A DNA stretch of 64,000 nucleotides from Nitrospirota bacterium (GCA_963749655.1 CAVVOB010000024.1:1-64000); one strand, 5' to 3'. Positions 11,236-21,422 are shown, counted from the stretch's first letter. The notes: generated from the letters alone by a model not told the origin. Numbers and translations are program-made.

Positions 11236-11958
11236 TCACCTATGACCGTGCTGCCTATTTTTTTTCTTATCTCCGTAGAGATAATCATACTCCGCCGGAT
11301 GGTGGTGTTTGAGCTGTTCGACCGACATTTTCCCGGTGAGCCACATCCAGTTCATGGGGAACACTTCGGGCCGCAGATGCTCGTTGTAAAAATGGAAAAT
11401 GAGGATGAACACGATAGCCAGAAGCGCCTCATCACTGTGCATGGCGAACAGAACGTCCCATACCCACTGAAGCGACCAGGCAGGGAAAAGCGGAGAGATC
11501 GTCACCGGAAAGGCAAGAAAGAACCCCGACGCTCCGATGATGAACATGCCCCAATACACTGCCCAGTAGTCGAATTTCTGCATGTAGTTGAACTTGCCGA
11601 AATAGGGTTTCTCCTTCCGGAAGCCGAAGAAAAACATGAAATTATGGAATGCATCTACCACATCCTTGGGCGTGGGTACCAGGCTGAATCTGAACCCCCC
11701 CTTGCGCGCCTGATTGACGAGGTAAAACTGATGGTAGATGAAATCAAGGAGCATGGTGATGCCTGCCGCGCGGTGGATGAGACCGGCCATCTTGGCGCCG
11801 CCCCAGAAACTGATCCAGGCGCTCGCCGGGTCCTGGTATGCGTACTTGAGGCCCCATCCGGTGAAAGACAGCAGTAAAAAAGTCGTAAACATTATGACAT
11901 GCTGAATTCTTGCCGAAAGGTCGAACCTTTCGATCTCGTTCGGAATATTGTTATTCAT
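11236..11958 (-). CDS. Di-heme cytochrome b subunit (FdnI/HyaC type; CbcB-like)
   Basis: RIQH, IHRAAG, QKFDYWAVYWG, HSDEALLA, FHFYNEH. Confidence 0.88.
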   Translation of the reverse strand: MNNNIPNEIERFDLSARIQHVIMFTTFLLLSFTGWGLKYAYQDPASAWISFWGGAKMAGLIHRAAGITMLLDFIYHQFYLVNQARKGGFRFSLVPTPKDVVDAFHNFMFFFGFRKEKPYFGKFNYMQKFDYWAVYWGMFIIGASGFFLAFPVTISPLFPAWSLQWVWDVLFAMHSDEALLAIVFILIFHFYNEHLRPEVFPMNWMWLTGKMSVEQLKHHHPAEYDYLYGDKKKNRQHGHR

Positions 11959-12847
11959 GCTTGTCTCCTTTTCGGAACAGACGATCGCGAATATCCGCGA
12001 AGATATCCAGAAGAACATGGACGCAGATGAAAAGAAACACGCTCATCGTAAGTACGATCAACGCGAGCTCGGTAAAGTGCGCTATGGGATGGAGCGGCTT
12101 GTGCGTGATCGCGGCCACAAACTTGTCCGTGGCCCCCGGATGACATTTTGCGCACGTTTTCTTTTTGTTTTCGCCGTTCACCGGTGATGTGGGATCTTCA
12201 ACTCTCTTAATATCATGAGATCCGTGGCAACTGGCGCAGGAAGGAGCTCCGCTGTGGCCGACCTTCAATTTTCTGCCGTGAAAACTCTCAAGATAGCGTT
12301 CCACGACCATGGGTGAGAAGCCGTATTTTTCCGCCAGGTGTTTTTCCTCATGGCATTTGCCGCAGGCCTGAACAACGTTAAAATGATTTACCGCGGAGTC
12401 CTTGCTTGTTTTCGGCTGGATGTAATGCGGCGTTCCGTGGCAGCTGGTGCAGACCGGTCCGTCCTCTGATTTCTTGACAAGAACGTTCTGACCGTGAACA
12501 CTTGTCTTGTAGGCCTCGTACGTATCGGCATGGCACTGGATACAGGCAGCCTGTGCTATAGGATCGATCTTACTCTTTGAAGAGAGAGCTGCGGCCAGAT
12601 CCTGGGTCGCTTTGTCAGCCTTGCCTGACAAGCCTTCGTGCTGCGCTCCTTTCAATACCATGTGGCACATCACACAATCAAACGACCCATGAACGGACTT
12701 CGTGTATTTCTCCTCGTTCACATTGACGGAGCCTTCCATGGATCCGTGACAGCCAAGACACGTTGCTGCATTGGGCGCTGCTTTCGCTGCCGGAACCAGA
12801 ACGAGGACGAACATCAACAGCGATACTGTGGTGAGCCAATTCCTCAT
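11951..12847 (-). CDS. Heptaheme cytochrome c with C-terminal TM anchor (CbcA-like)
   Basis: Seven CxxCH (CLGCH, CVMCH, CIQCH, CTSCH, CGKCH, CASCH, CAKCH), signal peptide, C-terminal hydrophobic helix. Confidence 0.9.
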   Translation of the reverse strand: MRNWLTTVSLLMFVLVLVPAAKAAPNAATCLGCHGSMEGSVNVNEEKYTKSVHGSFDCVMCHMVLKGAQHEGLSGKADKATQDLAAALSSKSKIDPIAQAACIQCHADTYEAYKTSVHGQNVLVKKSEDGPVCTSCHGTPHYIQPKTSKDSAVNHFNVVQACGKCHEEKHLAEKYGFSPMVVERYLESFHGRKLKVGHSGAPSCASCHGSHDIKRVEDPTSPVNGENKKKTCAKCHPGATDKFVAAITHKPLHPIAHFTELALIVLTMSVFLFICVHVLLDIFADIRDRLFRKGDKHE

Positions 12848-13068
12848 ACGTTCTCCTTTCACTCCATAATTAATAATCATTTTTCACAAAGACAATGGAC
12901 TTTTCATTTGCTGTTATGAGGGGGGAATATGTTGCGAGAACGAGAATAAGGAAAGAAGTATCAAATGGATCCCCCGATTCCATTTTTCTTCCGGCATTCC
13001 TGGAATTTCTCCAGTCTCATGACTTCAAAAGAACTCGTTGATTATATGTTAATCCGGTGCACATATAG

Positions 13069-13101
13069 TGCACGTATCGTGCCAATGCCAACTAGTTGAT
13101 T
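13069..13101 (-). promoter_or_regulatory. sigma54-type promoter with adjacent IHF-consensus site
   Basis: TGGCACGATACGTGCA (GG-N10-GC, 13069-13084); AATCAACTAGTTG matches WATCAANNNNTTR (13089-13101). Confidence 0.7.
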
Positions 13102-13159
13102 TATTGATAAAAAGGGCAGACACCTTTTTCGCAATAATGAGAAATGGACATGAATTCTG

Positions 13160-13938
13160 TCATTCTTGCAAAGAGACACTGTTTGATCTCAATCCTTCCG
13201 CATATTCGACTCTGACCAGGTAGAGGCCCTGCGGCGGAGCTGTCCTGCCGGCTTTGGTCCGGTCCCGCAATTCGAGGATTCTTTTGACATCCTGCGCATT
13301 GAACCAGCCGAGGCCGACTTCTACAAGCGTTCCCGTTATGTTCCGGACCATGTACCGCAAGAAAGCATCTGCTTCGAGCGACACTTCTATAAAATCGTCC
13401 TTCTCTATAATGGCCGCTGAAGTGATGGTCCGAACCGATGTCCGAGCCGTGCATCCGGCGCCCCGAAAGGAGCTGAAGTCATATCTACCTATCAGATATT
13501 CAGCGGCATTCCTCATATGAGCCACGTTGAGCGGCACATTGATATGCCACGCATACCGCCTGTACAGGGCTGTCGGGGTACGTCTGCACAGTATTCGATA
13601 TACGTAGGTCTTCCTCTCGGCGCTGTAGCGGGCATGAAAATCCGCAGGAACCTCATCGGAGGTGAGCACCCTGATATCGTCGGGCAGCAAACGATTTAAT
13701 GCCGGCGCCCAGGCGCGCGCGGGATCCCGGAGGTTGTTTGAAAATGAGCAACCTGTCCCAGCGCATGCACACCTGCATCCGTTCTTCCGGAGGCATGGGT
13801 TTTTACCTCCTCGCGGGCCAGGTTTTTCACTGCTTCCTCGAGTGTATCCTGGATTGTCGGCATGCCGCTGCCGATTTGCGATTGCCAGCCGTGATAATTG
13901 GCGCCGTCGTACTCCAGGACCAGTTTGATTGTTTGCAT
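13160..13938 (-). CDS. truA: tRNA pseudouridine(38-40) synthase (apparent frameshift ~13720)
   Basis: EYDGANYHGWQ, SGRTDAGVHALGQV; then FHARYSA, FLRYMVRNITG, TAPPQGLYL. Confidence 0.93.
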
Positions 13939-14014
13939 GAAACGATTCAGTGCCGGCCTCCGCACAGTATGCTGAACGGAGCATCCGGAAGGGCGACGCA
14001 CAGGCGCCTCCCGC

Positions 14015-14716
14015 TTACTCCCCCAAATATGCCTTCTTGATGCCCGGTTCCTTCTCGAGCTTAGCCGATTCCCCCTGCATCACGATCCTTCCGGTTTCCA
14101 TGACATACGCGCGATGGGCAAGGCGAAGCGCAGCTTTTGCATTCTGCTCTACCAGAAGGATCGTAGTTCCCTGTTCGTTGATCTCCTTGATGATCTTGAA
14201 AATCCTGCTCACAATGATCGGCGCCAGGCCGAGAGAGGGTTCATCAAGAAGCAGCAACGTCGGCCGCGACATGAGCGCCCTGCCTATGGCCAGCATCTGC
14301 TGCTCTCCCCCTGAGAGGGTGCCGCCGAGCTGCCCTCTTCTTTCCGCAAGCGCAGGAAACATGGCGAGGACGAGCCGCAGGCCGTCTTCAAGGTCCTGAC
14401 GGCGCAGGGTAAAGGCGCCCATTTCGAGATTTTCCTGAACCGTCATCCGGGGGAAGATACGCCTTCCCTCGGGTACCTGGGATATCCCGAGCCGGACGAT
14501 CTCGTGTACAGGCCGGCCGGAAAGCCGCAATTCACGGTGCACGATGGTTCCTGATTTGAGGGGCGCGACCCCGGAAACCGCCATCAACGTCGTGGATTTG
14601 CCCGCGCCGTTCGCTCCGATCAGTGCAACGATCTCGCCCTGTTTGACCGACAGACTGATTCCCTTGAGGGCATCAATCCGTCCATAGGACACGGCCACAT
14701 CCCGGAGTTCAAGCAT
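14015..14716 (-). CDS. livF: Branched-chain amino acid ABC ATPase
   Basis: GANGAGKST, VPEGRRIF, LSGGEQQMLAIGRALM, DEPSLGLAP. Confidence 0.93.
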   Translation of the reverse strand: MLELRDVAVSYGRIDALKGISLSVKQGEIVALIGANGAGKSTTLMAVSGVAPLKSGTIVHRELRLSGRPVHEIVRLGISQVPEGRRIFPRMTVQENLEMGAFTLRRQDLEDGLRLVLAMFPALAERRGQLGGTLSGGEQQMLAIGRALMSRPTLLLLDEPSLGLAPIIVSRIFKIIKEINEQGTTILLVEQNAKAALRLAHRAYVMETGRIVMQGESAKLEKEPGIKKAYLGE

Positions 14717-15479
14717 GCATGCTCTCCTTGCCGAGATATGCCTCGATCACCGCCTGATTGTTCTGTACGTCCCGCGGCAAACCCTCCGCAATCTTGACCC
14801 CGTGATCCAGAACCAGAACACGATCCGATATGCCCATAACGACATTCATGTCATGTTCGATCAGCAGGATAGCCACTCCGTTGTCGCGGATCTTCCGGAT
14901 GAGCGCCATCAGGTCCTGTGTCTCCTGGGGATTCATTCCTGCGGCGGGCTCATCGAGGAGCAGCAGATGGGGCTCAGTCCCGAGCGACCGTGCAATTTCC
15001 AGGCGACGTTGGTCTCCATAGGAAAGATTGGCCGCACGGACGTCCTGCTTGTCCTCAAGCCCTACGAACTTGAGAATATCCAGAGCTCGGTATCCGGTGT
15101 CCCGCTCTTCCCGTTTTACCCGGGCTGTCCGCAGCAATGCGCCGAAAACGCCTGCGTTCGTCCTGCAATGGGCAGCCACCATGACGTTTTCCAGGCACGT
15201 CATTCCTCCGAAGAGCCGGATATTCTGGAACGTGCGGGCGATGCCCATGGCCGTAATATCGTGCGGCGCCGTCCCGGTAATATCGCGGTCATGAAACAGG
15301 ATGGATCCCTGCGTGGGTCTGTACATGCCGGTAATACAGTTGAAAAACGTGGTTTTGCCGGCTCCGTTCGGGCCGATAATACTCATGATCCGCTCGCGCT
15401 CCACGCGCATGTCGATGCCGTCGAGCGCCCGCAGCCCGCCGAAATACATGGTTATATTTTTCGTTTCCAGAAGAAGCAT
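14709..15479 (-). CDS. livG: Branched-chain amino acid ABC ATPase
   Basis: GPNGAGKTT, ARTFQNIRLF, LSYGDQRRLEIAR, DEPAAGMNP. Confidence 0.93.
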   Translation of the reverse strand: MLLLETKNITMYFGGLRALDGIDMRVERERIMSIIGPNGAGKTTFFNCITGMYRPTQGSILFHDRDITGTAPHDITAMGIARTFQNIRLFGGMTCLENVMVAAHCRTNAGVFGALLRTARVKREERDTGYRALDILKFVGLEDKQDVRAANLSYGDQRRLEIARSLGTEPHLLLLDEPAAGMNPQETQDLMALIRKIRDNGVAILLIEHDMNVVMGISDRVLVLDHGVKIAEGLPRDVQNNQAVIEAYLGKESMHA

Positions 15480-15483
15480 GTAA

Positions 15484-16650
15484 TTAGACAGTTGACTGAG
15501 TGCCGGTTCCCGGAGCACCCAGCAGGCCCTGGGGCCGAAAAATCATCATGAGGACCAGCGCCATGCCGAATGCCAGCATGCGATAATCCTGAAAGTCACG
15601 GAATGCTTCCGGGAGGGTTATCAGCAGAAAGGCCCCCAGAATGATGCCGGGAATGCTCCCCATGCCGCCGAGAACGACCATACAGAGAATGAGGACCGAA
15701 TCAAAAAACGTGAAGCTTTCCGGAGATACAAAGGCCATCTTTGCAGCGAAAAAAACCCCGGTCAGGCCCGCCCAGAAGGAACCGATGACGAAGGCCAGCA
15801 ATTTCAGTCGAAACGTATTGATTCCCATTGCCTCGGCAGCGGTCTCGTCCTCCCGGACTGCAAGCCAGGCCCTGCCGATCCGGGAATTCATCAGGCGGTG
15901 CATGACGAAAACGGTCGCGACGGCAATGGCGAGAATAAGATAATAGAAATCCGGCGTCGTGTTTAGAACATAGCCGACCAGCACCGGCCTCCCTATCCTT
16001 GGGATTCCGTTCGGACCCCCGGTCATGCTGTCCCAGTTGTTCAGCACAATGCGGGTTATTTCTCCGAGGCCAAGAGTCACGATCGCGAAATAATCGCCAC
16101 GAAGGCGCAGGGTCGCTGCTCCCACGATAAGGGCAAACAAGGATGCGGCGAGAGCCCCGGCTGCAAGGCCTGGCCAGAAGGGAAGCCCGTAGGACGTAGA
16201 AAAAATACCGTAAGTATACGCTCCGACTGCGTAAAAGGCGACGTATCCGAGATTGAGGAGTCCGGCCTGGCCGACGACGATGTTCAGTCCCAGCGCTAAA
16301 ACAATATACATGCACGTGAGCGTCATGATGTCGAGATAGTAGTCATTCAGAAACAAAGGAAGCAGTACCAGCACCCCGAGGATCATAGCGAGACCGGCGC
16401 CCGACAGAAGAAACGAAGAAGCGGCGGCGCGATAAGAGGACAGACCGGTGAGCTTTTCCTGATATTTCGTGATGCTGCCTTGCACGAAGGTTCCGTGGGC
16501 AAGCTTCCAGAGAACAACCGCAAGAACGGTTGCAGCCACAATGCGAAATGCGTTCGCAGGACCGGTCAACGGCAGCGCAAGCATACCCGCATAGATTGGA
16601 AGCAGCAGGGTCTTGGAATATTTTTTCAATGTCATGCGAACAGATTCCAT
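15484..16650 (-). CDS. livM: Branched-chain amino acid ABC permease
   Basis: LGLNIVVGQAGLLNLGY, LRLRGDYFAIVTLG, MVVLGGMGSIPG. Confidence 0.92.
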   Translation of the reverse strand: MESVRMTLKKYSKTLLLPIYAGMLALPLTGPANAFRIVAATVLAVVLWKLAHGTFVQGSITKYQEKLTGLSSYRAAASSFLLSGAGLAMILGVLVLLPLFLNDYYLDIMTLTCMYIVLALGLNIVVGQAGLLNLGYVAFYAVGAYTYGIFSTSYGLPFWPGLAAGALAASLFALIVGAATLRLRGDYFAIVTLGLGEITRIVLNNWDSMTGGPNGIPRIGRPVLVGYVLNTTPDFYYLILAIAVATVFVMHRLMNSRIGRAWLAVREDETAAEAMGINTFRLKLLAFVIGSFWAGLTGVFFAAKMAFVSPESFTFFDSVLILCMVVLGGMGSIPGIILGAFLLITLPEAFRDFQDYRMLAFGMALVLMMIFRPQGLLGAPGTGTQSTV

Positions 16651-16686
16651 GGCAGGAAGCGATTATCTCATAAAACTCGACATAAT

Positions 16687-17970
16687 TCAAGGAGCTGTGA
16701 GCCTGATATTCGGCCAGACGGATTGACTGCAGGGACGGGGGGATGAAGGGTCCGAGACTATTTTTTGGTGAAAGAATCCGGTTATGGAGCTTACGATATG
16801 TCGTGCAATTTCCAGTTTCGGCAGCGTCGGCAGGTCCTGCTTCGCACCTTTACGGTCTATGATCGATACTGCATTGGTATCGGTTCCAAATCCCGATCCC
16901 TCCTTGCGCAGATCATTCACGACGATCAGGTCAAGGTTCTTGGCATGCAGCTTTTTAAGGGCGTTCTGATCGATATCATCCGTTTCCGCGGCGAACCCGA
17001 CAAGCAGCGGCTTGTCATCCGCCCTGCCCAGCTCCTGGAGAATATCGGCGGTCCGCTCGAGCTCCAAAACCGTTGAAGCCTGATCTTTCTTTATTTTAAG
17101 ATCCGACCGCGTCTGCGGTTTGAAGTCTGACACCGCGGCCGCCATGATGACGACGTCGCTGCCGGCGGCCTCCCGAACGACCGCTTCGTGCATATCCTTT
17201 GCACTGACCACAGGAACCAGTCTGACTCCCGAAGGGGGCGCAAGGTGCGTCGGTCCGCAGATCAGCACGACATCGGCTCCCCGCTCCCGTGCCGCCTCGG
17301 CAAGTGCAAACCCCATCTTGCCGGTGGAAGGATTGCTGATGAACCGCACTGCATCGATATACTCCCGCGTCGGGCCTGCAGTTACGAGTACGGTCCGGCC
17401 GGCCAGATCTTTGGGGAAAAAGAGCGCAGAGACTTCCCGGAGGATGGCCTCCGTGTCGGCGAGCCTGCCCGGTCCGCTCACACCACAGGCTAGCGCTCCG
17501 CACCCGGGCTCCACGAATCTGGCCCCCAGACCCCTGAGGATATTCATATTACGCTGAAGCACGGGATTTGCGTACATCCGGTCATTCATCGCAGGAGCGA
17601 TGACGAGGGGACAGGCGGCCGCCATAAGCGCCGAGGTCAGCGAGTCATCGGCAATGCCCGAGGCCAGTTTGCCGATGATGTTCGCCGTCGCAGGAGCAAC
17701 GAGAGCGGCATCCAGGTCGCGGGATATTTCGATATGACCAATGGCGGTCTGATCGTGAACGAGAAATTCATCTTCCAGCACCGGAAAGCCTGAGAGCGTT
17801 TCGAAGGTGAGGCGGGAAACAAAGCGCGCAGCATGCTTCGTCATCGCGACATGGACTTCCGCGCCGCGTTCCGCGAGCCTTCGCAGGATGTCCGCGGCCT
17901 TATAAGCGGCGATGCTGCCGGAGACTCCGAGAAGAATTTTCTTCCCAGACAAGGTGTTGAACTTTTCCAC
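16687..17970 (-). CDS. coaBC: Bifunctional phosphopantothenoylcysteine decarboxylase/ligase
   Basis: GVSGSIAAYKA, APATAN, PAMN, TAGPTREYIDAVRFISNPSTGKMG, GFAAET. Confidence 0.96.
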   Translation of the reverse strand: MEKFNTLSGKKILLGVSGSIAAYKAADILRRLAERGAEVHVAMTKHAARFVSRLTFETLSGFPVLEDEFLVHDQTAIGHIEISRDLDAALVAPATANIIGKLASGIADDSLTSALMAAACPLVIAPAMNDRMYANPVLQRNMNILRGLGARFVEPGCGALACGVSGPGRLADTEAILREVSALFFPKDLAGRTVLVTAGPTREYIDAVRFISNPSTGKMGFALAEAARERGADVVLICGPTHLAPPSGVRLVPVVSAKDMHEAVVREAAGSDVVIMAAAVSDFKPQTRSDLKIKKDQASTVLELERTADILQELGRADDKPLLVGFAAETDDIDQNALKKLHAKNLDLIVVNDLRKEGSGFGTDTNAVSIIDRKGAKQDLPTLPKLEIARHIVSSITGFFHQKIVSDPSSPRPCSQSVWPNIRLTAP

Positions 17971-17975
17971 AGCCG

Positions 17976-18428
17976 TTATTCCTCGGGAGCTTCCTCGGAG
18001 CTTTCCTCGGCATCAGCCTCTGCGGGCTCCTCGCCTGCTTCGACATCGGTGGATCCTTCTTCGCCGGCCTCCCCTTCGCCTTCCGTTTCATCCTGCGATT
18101 CGGACAGATAGGCGCTGAGCTCCTTGCGGATTTCCTCTTCCTTGGCAGAAAGCTGCTCTTCGAGCTTTGCCCGTTCTTCCTGTTTGCGGAACTCCTCTTT
18201 CGCCTTTTTTGCCTCTTCGCCCACTAAGATTTTGAAGCTGTGGGCTACGGCCTCTTCCAGTGCGATAGTGGTGTCCTTGATGGATTTCGAGGATACCTAC
18301 ATCGGCGCTCCGGCAGACAGCTGCCGGACGCGCTGTGCCGCGATGTGGACCAGGCGAAACTTCGTGTCCGAAATGGCATCATCCATTTCGATGGGGAGAG
18401 AAATCATATCTTTTGCTATCTGTTGCAT
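17976..18428 (-). CDS. rpoZ: RNA polymerase omega subunit with long acidic tail; one in-frame TAG at 18297-18299
   Basis: SD AGGAGG; MQQIAKDMISLPIE...KFRLVHIAAQRVRQL...*...TTIALEE...; lies between gmk and coaBC. Confidence 0.88.
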
Positions 18429-18462
18429 TGTGCACCTCCTGATTCGTGTTTTGATCGACGCA

Positions 18463-19080
18463 TTACTGTATTTTCAACATGCTTTCTATCCATACCGTAT
18501 CAACCAGCCGGGTGCGGCATCGTTCGGCAATCACGATCGACCGAAGATCGTGAAGCGCACGGTCGAAATCGCGATTGACGATGATATAATCATACATCGG
18601 GTAATCCCTTATCTCTTCGCGCGCCCGCTGCATCCGTCTTCTGATCTCCTCTTCGTGGTCGGATTTGCGGTTGCGAAGCCGCTCCTCCAGGATCTCGAGA
18701 GACGGCGGCATGATGAAGATGAAAACGCCATTGGCATATTTCCCCTTGATCTGCTTGGCGCCCTGAGTGTCGATGTCGAGGATCACGTCGAGGCCTTTCT
18801 CCGTCATATCGTCGAGCACGCGCCGGGATGTTCCGTAGAGATTTGAATGCACCTCCGCCCATTCGACAAAATCGCCGGCCTGGATCATTTCCTGAAAGCG
18901 TTCCGGGCTTACAAAGTAATAGTCCCGCCCGTCGATCTCTCCCGGTCTCGGTTTGCGCGTTGTGTAGGAAATCGAATGGGTAAGATTTTGCAGGGAGTCC
19001 GTGATGGCCCGGCACAGGCTCGTTTTCCCGGCACCTGACGGCGCTGAAACAACAAAGAGCAGTCCCTGTTTCTTTTTCAC
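18463..19080 (-). CDS. gmk: Guanylate kinase
   Basis: [37 protein letters not shown]. Confidence 0.97.
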   Translation of the reverse strand: MKKKQGLLFVVSAPSGAGKTSLCRAITDSLQNLTHSISYTTRKPRPGEIDGRDYYFVSPERFQEMIQAGDFVEWAEVHSNLYGTSRRVLDDMTEKGLDVILDIDTQGAKQIKGKYANGVFIFIMPPSLEILEERLRNRKSDHEEEIRRRMQRAREEIRDYPMYDYIIVNRDFDRALHDLRSIVIAERCRTRLVDTVWIESMLKIQ

Positions 19081-19328
19081 TGATCACCTCTGCCCTGAAA
19101 TCTCTGCATCAGCGTCTCCACCTGGACCGCGGAAAGGATGATATGGTCGCTGTCGGTGATGATGATAGCCCGCGTCTTCCTTCCCTGGGTGGCATCAATC
19201 AGCATGCTTCTTTCCTTCGCTTCGTCCTTGAGTCTGCGCATGGGCGCGGAGTCCGGCGACAGGACCGCCACAACCTTCGTCGCCATGACCATGTTGCCGT
19301 ACCCGATATTTACGAGATTGTTCAGCAT
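19077..19328 (-). CDS. remA: RemA/DUF370 family protein
   Basis: [10 protein letters not shown]...SAPMRRL...[25 protein letters not shown]. Confidence 0.9.
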   Translation of the reverse strand: MLNNLVNIGYGNMVMATKVVAVLSPDSAPMRRLKDEAKERSMLIDATQGRKTRAIIITDSDHIILSAVQVETLMQRFQGRGDQ

Positions 19329-19332
19329 GAGG

Positions 19333-20208
19333 CTACTCGATATTTTGGACCTGCTCCCGTATCTTTTCCAGTTCAGCCTTGATCTGCACGACATCAAGGA
19401 GATAGCGGCATCCATTGCCTTCGATGCGATCGTGTTCACTTCCCGCCCGATCTCCTGAAGCAGAAAATCGAGCTTTCTGCCTATCCCCTCCCGGGATGAA
19501 TCACTCAGCCACGCTCGGAATTGCGTCATATGGCTGTCCAGACGGGTCAGTTCTTCGGTGACATCCGTCCGTTCGGCGAGGATGGCGATCTCCTGGGCCA
19601 GTCTGACGGGATCAGGCTTCTCGTGCAGCAACTTTTCCAGGGATTCCGTGATCCGCCTGCGTACAGATCGACCGTCGCCGGGGTTTTTACCTTTATGTCG
19701 TCGATCAGCGAATTGATCGTCTCGCTCCGTTCAACGATATCGCGCACCAGTGCGGCACCTTCGTCGCTGCGCATACGGTCAAGTTCATCCAGGGCCTCAT
19801 TCAGAGCTCCGGCCAGTGATCCCCACAAGGCCTCCGGATCTTCTTTGACTCGGTCATGGTCACGATGTCGGGGAACCAAGCCACGAGCGAGAGGTCAACC
19901 TCACCGCCAAGGCCGAACCGACCTTGATGCCTCGGAGCGTCCGACATACTGTTCGGCCAGCGCTTCGTCCACGACAAGCCTGCCTGCTGATTCCTGCGTT
20001 CCGTTCCGTGCTATGAGAACTTCAAAGCGGCCCCGGGAACAACGTTCCTGAATGCTTTTTTTCACGCGCAGGTCCAAGCAGCGAAAGCCCGGGGGGACTT
20101 CACCTGCACGTCGAGATAGCGGTTATTGAGCGAGCGGATCTCGACGGAGAAGTGCAGTCCCGCCTCGATCACTTCCTTCCGCCCGTATCCCGTCATACTG
20201 CGAATCAC
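19333..20208 (-). CDS. yicC: YicC/YloC endoribonuclease (several apparent indels)
   Basis: [46 protein letters not shown] spread over different frames. Confidence 0.88.
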
Positions 20209-20326
20209 TGGTCCATTTCCCTTTCCTCTATCCCTATTCTGCACCGACCTGCGGAATCGCCTACAGAAATTTCGGGCCCCTGCGATGTCCCCTCCCGCAG
20301 TGCCCATCGAACCGTTTCAGAATCGT

Positions 20327-20697
20327 CTAGTGTAACTTTCCCGAATGACCGGCGCGAAATGAAACGTCCTGATATAAGCGCCCCAAAAGAAATGCACCTC
20401 AACGTCCCACACCGTGCTGATTGGTCATTTGCCGGCTTTCGTCATTGCGTCCGAGAACAAAATCATCCTCGTCCAGCGGAAGATCCAGTTCTTTTGCCTC
20501 ATTGGCAAGATCAGTCAGGATTTCCTCGTCCTTGAGCGTCTGGGCAGGCGTGCGTCCTGCGTCATGGCATCTTTCATCCGCTCGGAATCCATCTACATCG
20601 GCACGACCTTGAGAGCGACATGAATAACGACGAACAGCACCAGCAGAAGACATCACCTTAAAACTGATCATCCTTTTTCCCCCTGAAGAACAAACAT
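20327..20697 (-). CDS. DUF4845-like small membrane protein (indels plus in-frame TAG at 20593-20595)
   Basis: Pieced translation: N-terminal TM, KVVPM*MDSERMKDAM, LANEAKELDLPL, WDVEVHFFWG; follows lepB. Confidence 0.5.
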
Positions 20698-20709
20698 GAG
20701 ATCCCCCTA

Positions 20710-21422
20710 TTACTGATCAGCTTCCCGATCCGCTCCCAGCGTACCCAGCGGCCGTTTCCATCCCATGACCAGTAGATGATGAGCGCCCTGCCGAGGATCT
20801 TGTTCTATTTTACAAAACCCCATACCCGGCTGTCCTGGCTGTTGTCGCGGTTGTCGCCCATGACGAACACCGAATCTTTCGGCACCAGGACCGGTCCGAA
20901 ATTTAGTCTCTGTCTGGTCATGCAGATACAGGATATGGTGTTTGACGGATCCCAGTTGTTCGTCAAACAGCATGGGCTTATCGTAATAGGGAGGGCCCGA
21001 TCGCCTGATCCTCTCCGTCATAGGCTCCGAGCTCGGTGACCGGCACCGGTTCGTCATTGATGAACAGCTTTCCCTTCTTGATCTCGATTTTGTCGCCCGG
21101 CAGGCCGACGACCCGTTTGATGAAATTTTTGCTTTCGTTCTCGGGATACTTGAAAGACGATGATCTCTCCCCGTTTCGGCTCCTTCCAGGTAAAGATCCT
21201 GGTGTCCGTGAACGGGATGCGCGGGCCATAGACGAACTTGTTCACCAGCAGGTGGTCGCCGATCGTAAGCGTCGGGATCATGGATCCCGACGGTATCTTG
21301 AAGGCTTCGACCGACAAATTGCCTGATGAACAGGGCAACGACCGCCGCAATGAGGAACGGTTCGACCCATTCTTTATAAAAGGACTTGTTTTTGATTCTC
21401 TGTCCTGCTGTGCTTCTGACAT
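20710..21422 (-). CDS. lepB: Signal peptidase I (multiple apparent indels)
   Basis: [45 protein letters not shown]; downstream of lepA. Confidence 0.9.

Noticed and set aside
17976-18224. Stand-alone 82-aa acidic protein
   Set aside because: It is the in-frame C-terminal half of rpoZ
18297-18299. Genome-wide TAG reassignment
   Set aside because: TAG ends hisS, tldD, yicC and the propeller gene at the expected positions
16687-20208. yicC-remA-gmk-rpoZ-coaBC order as unusual
   Set aside because: A well-known conserved gene order
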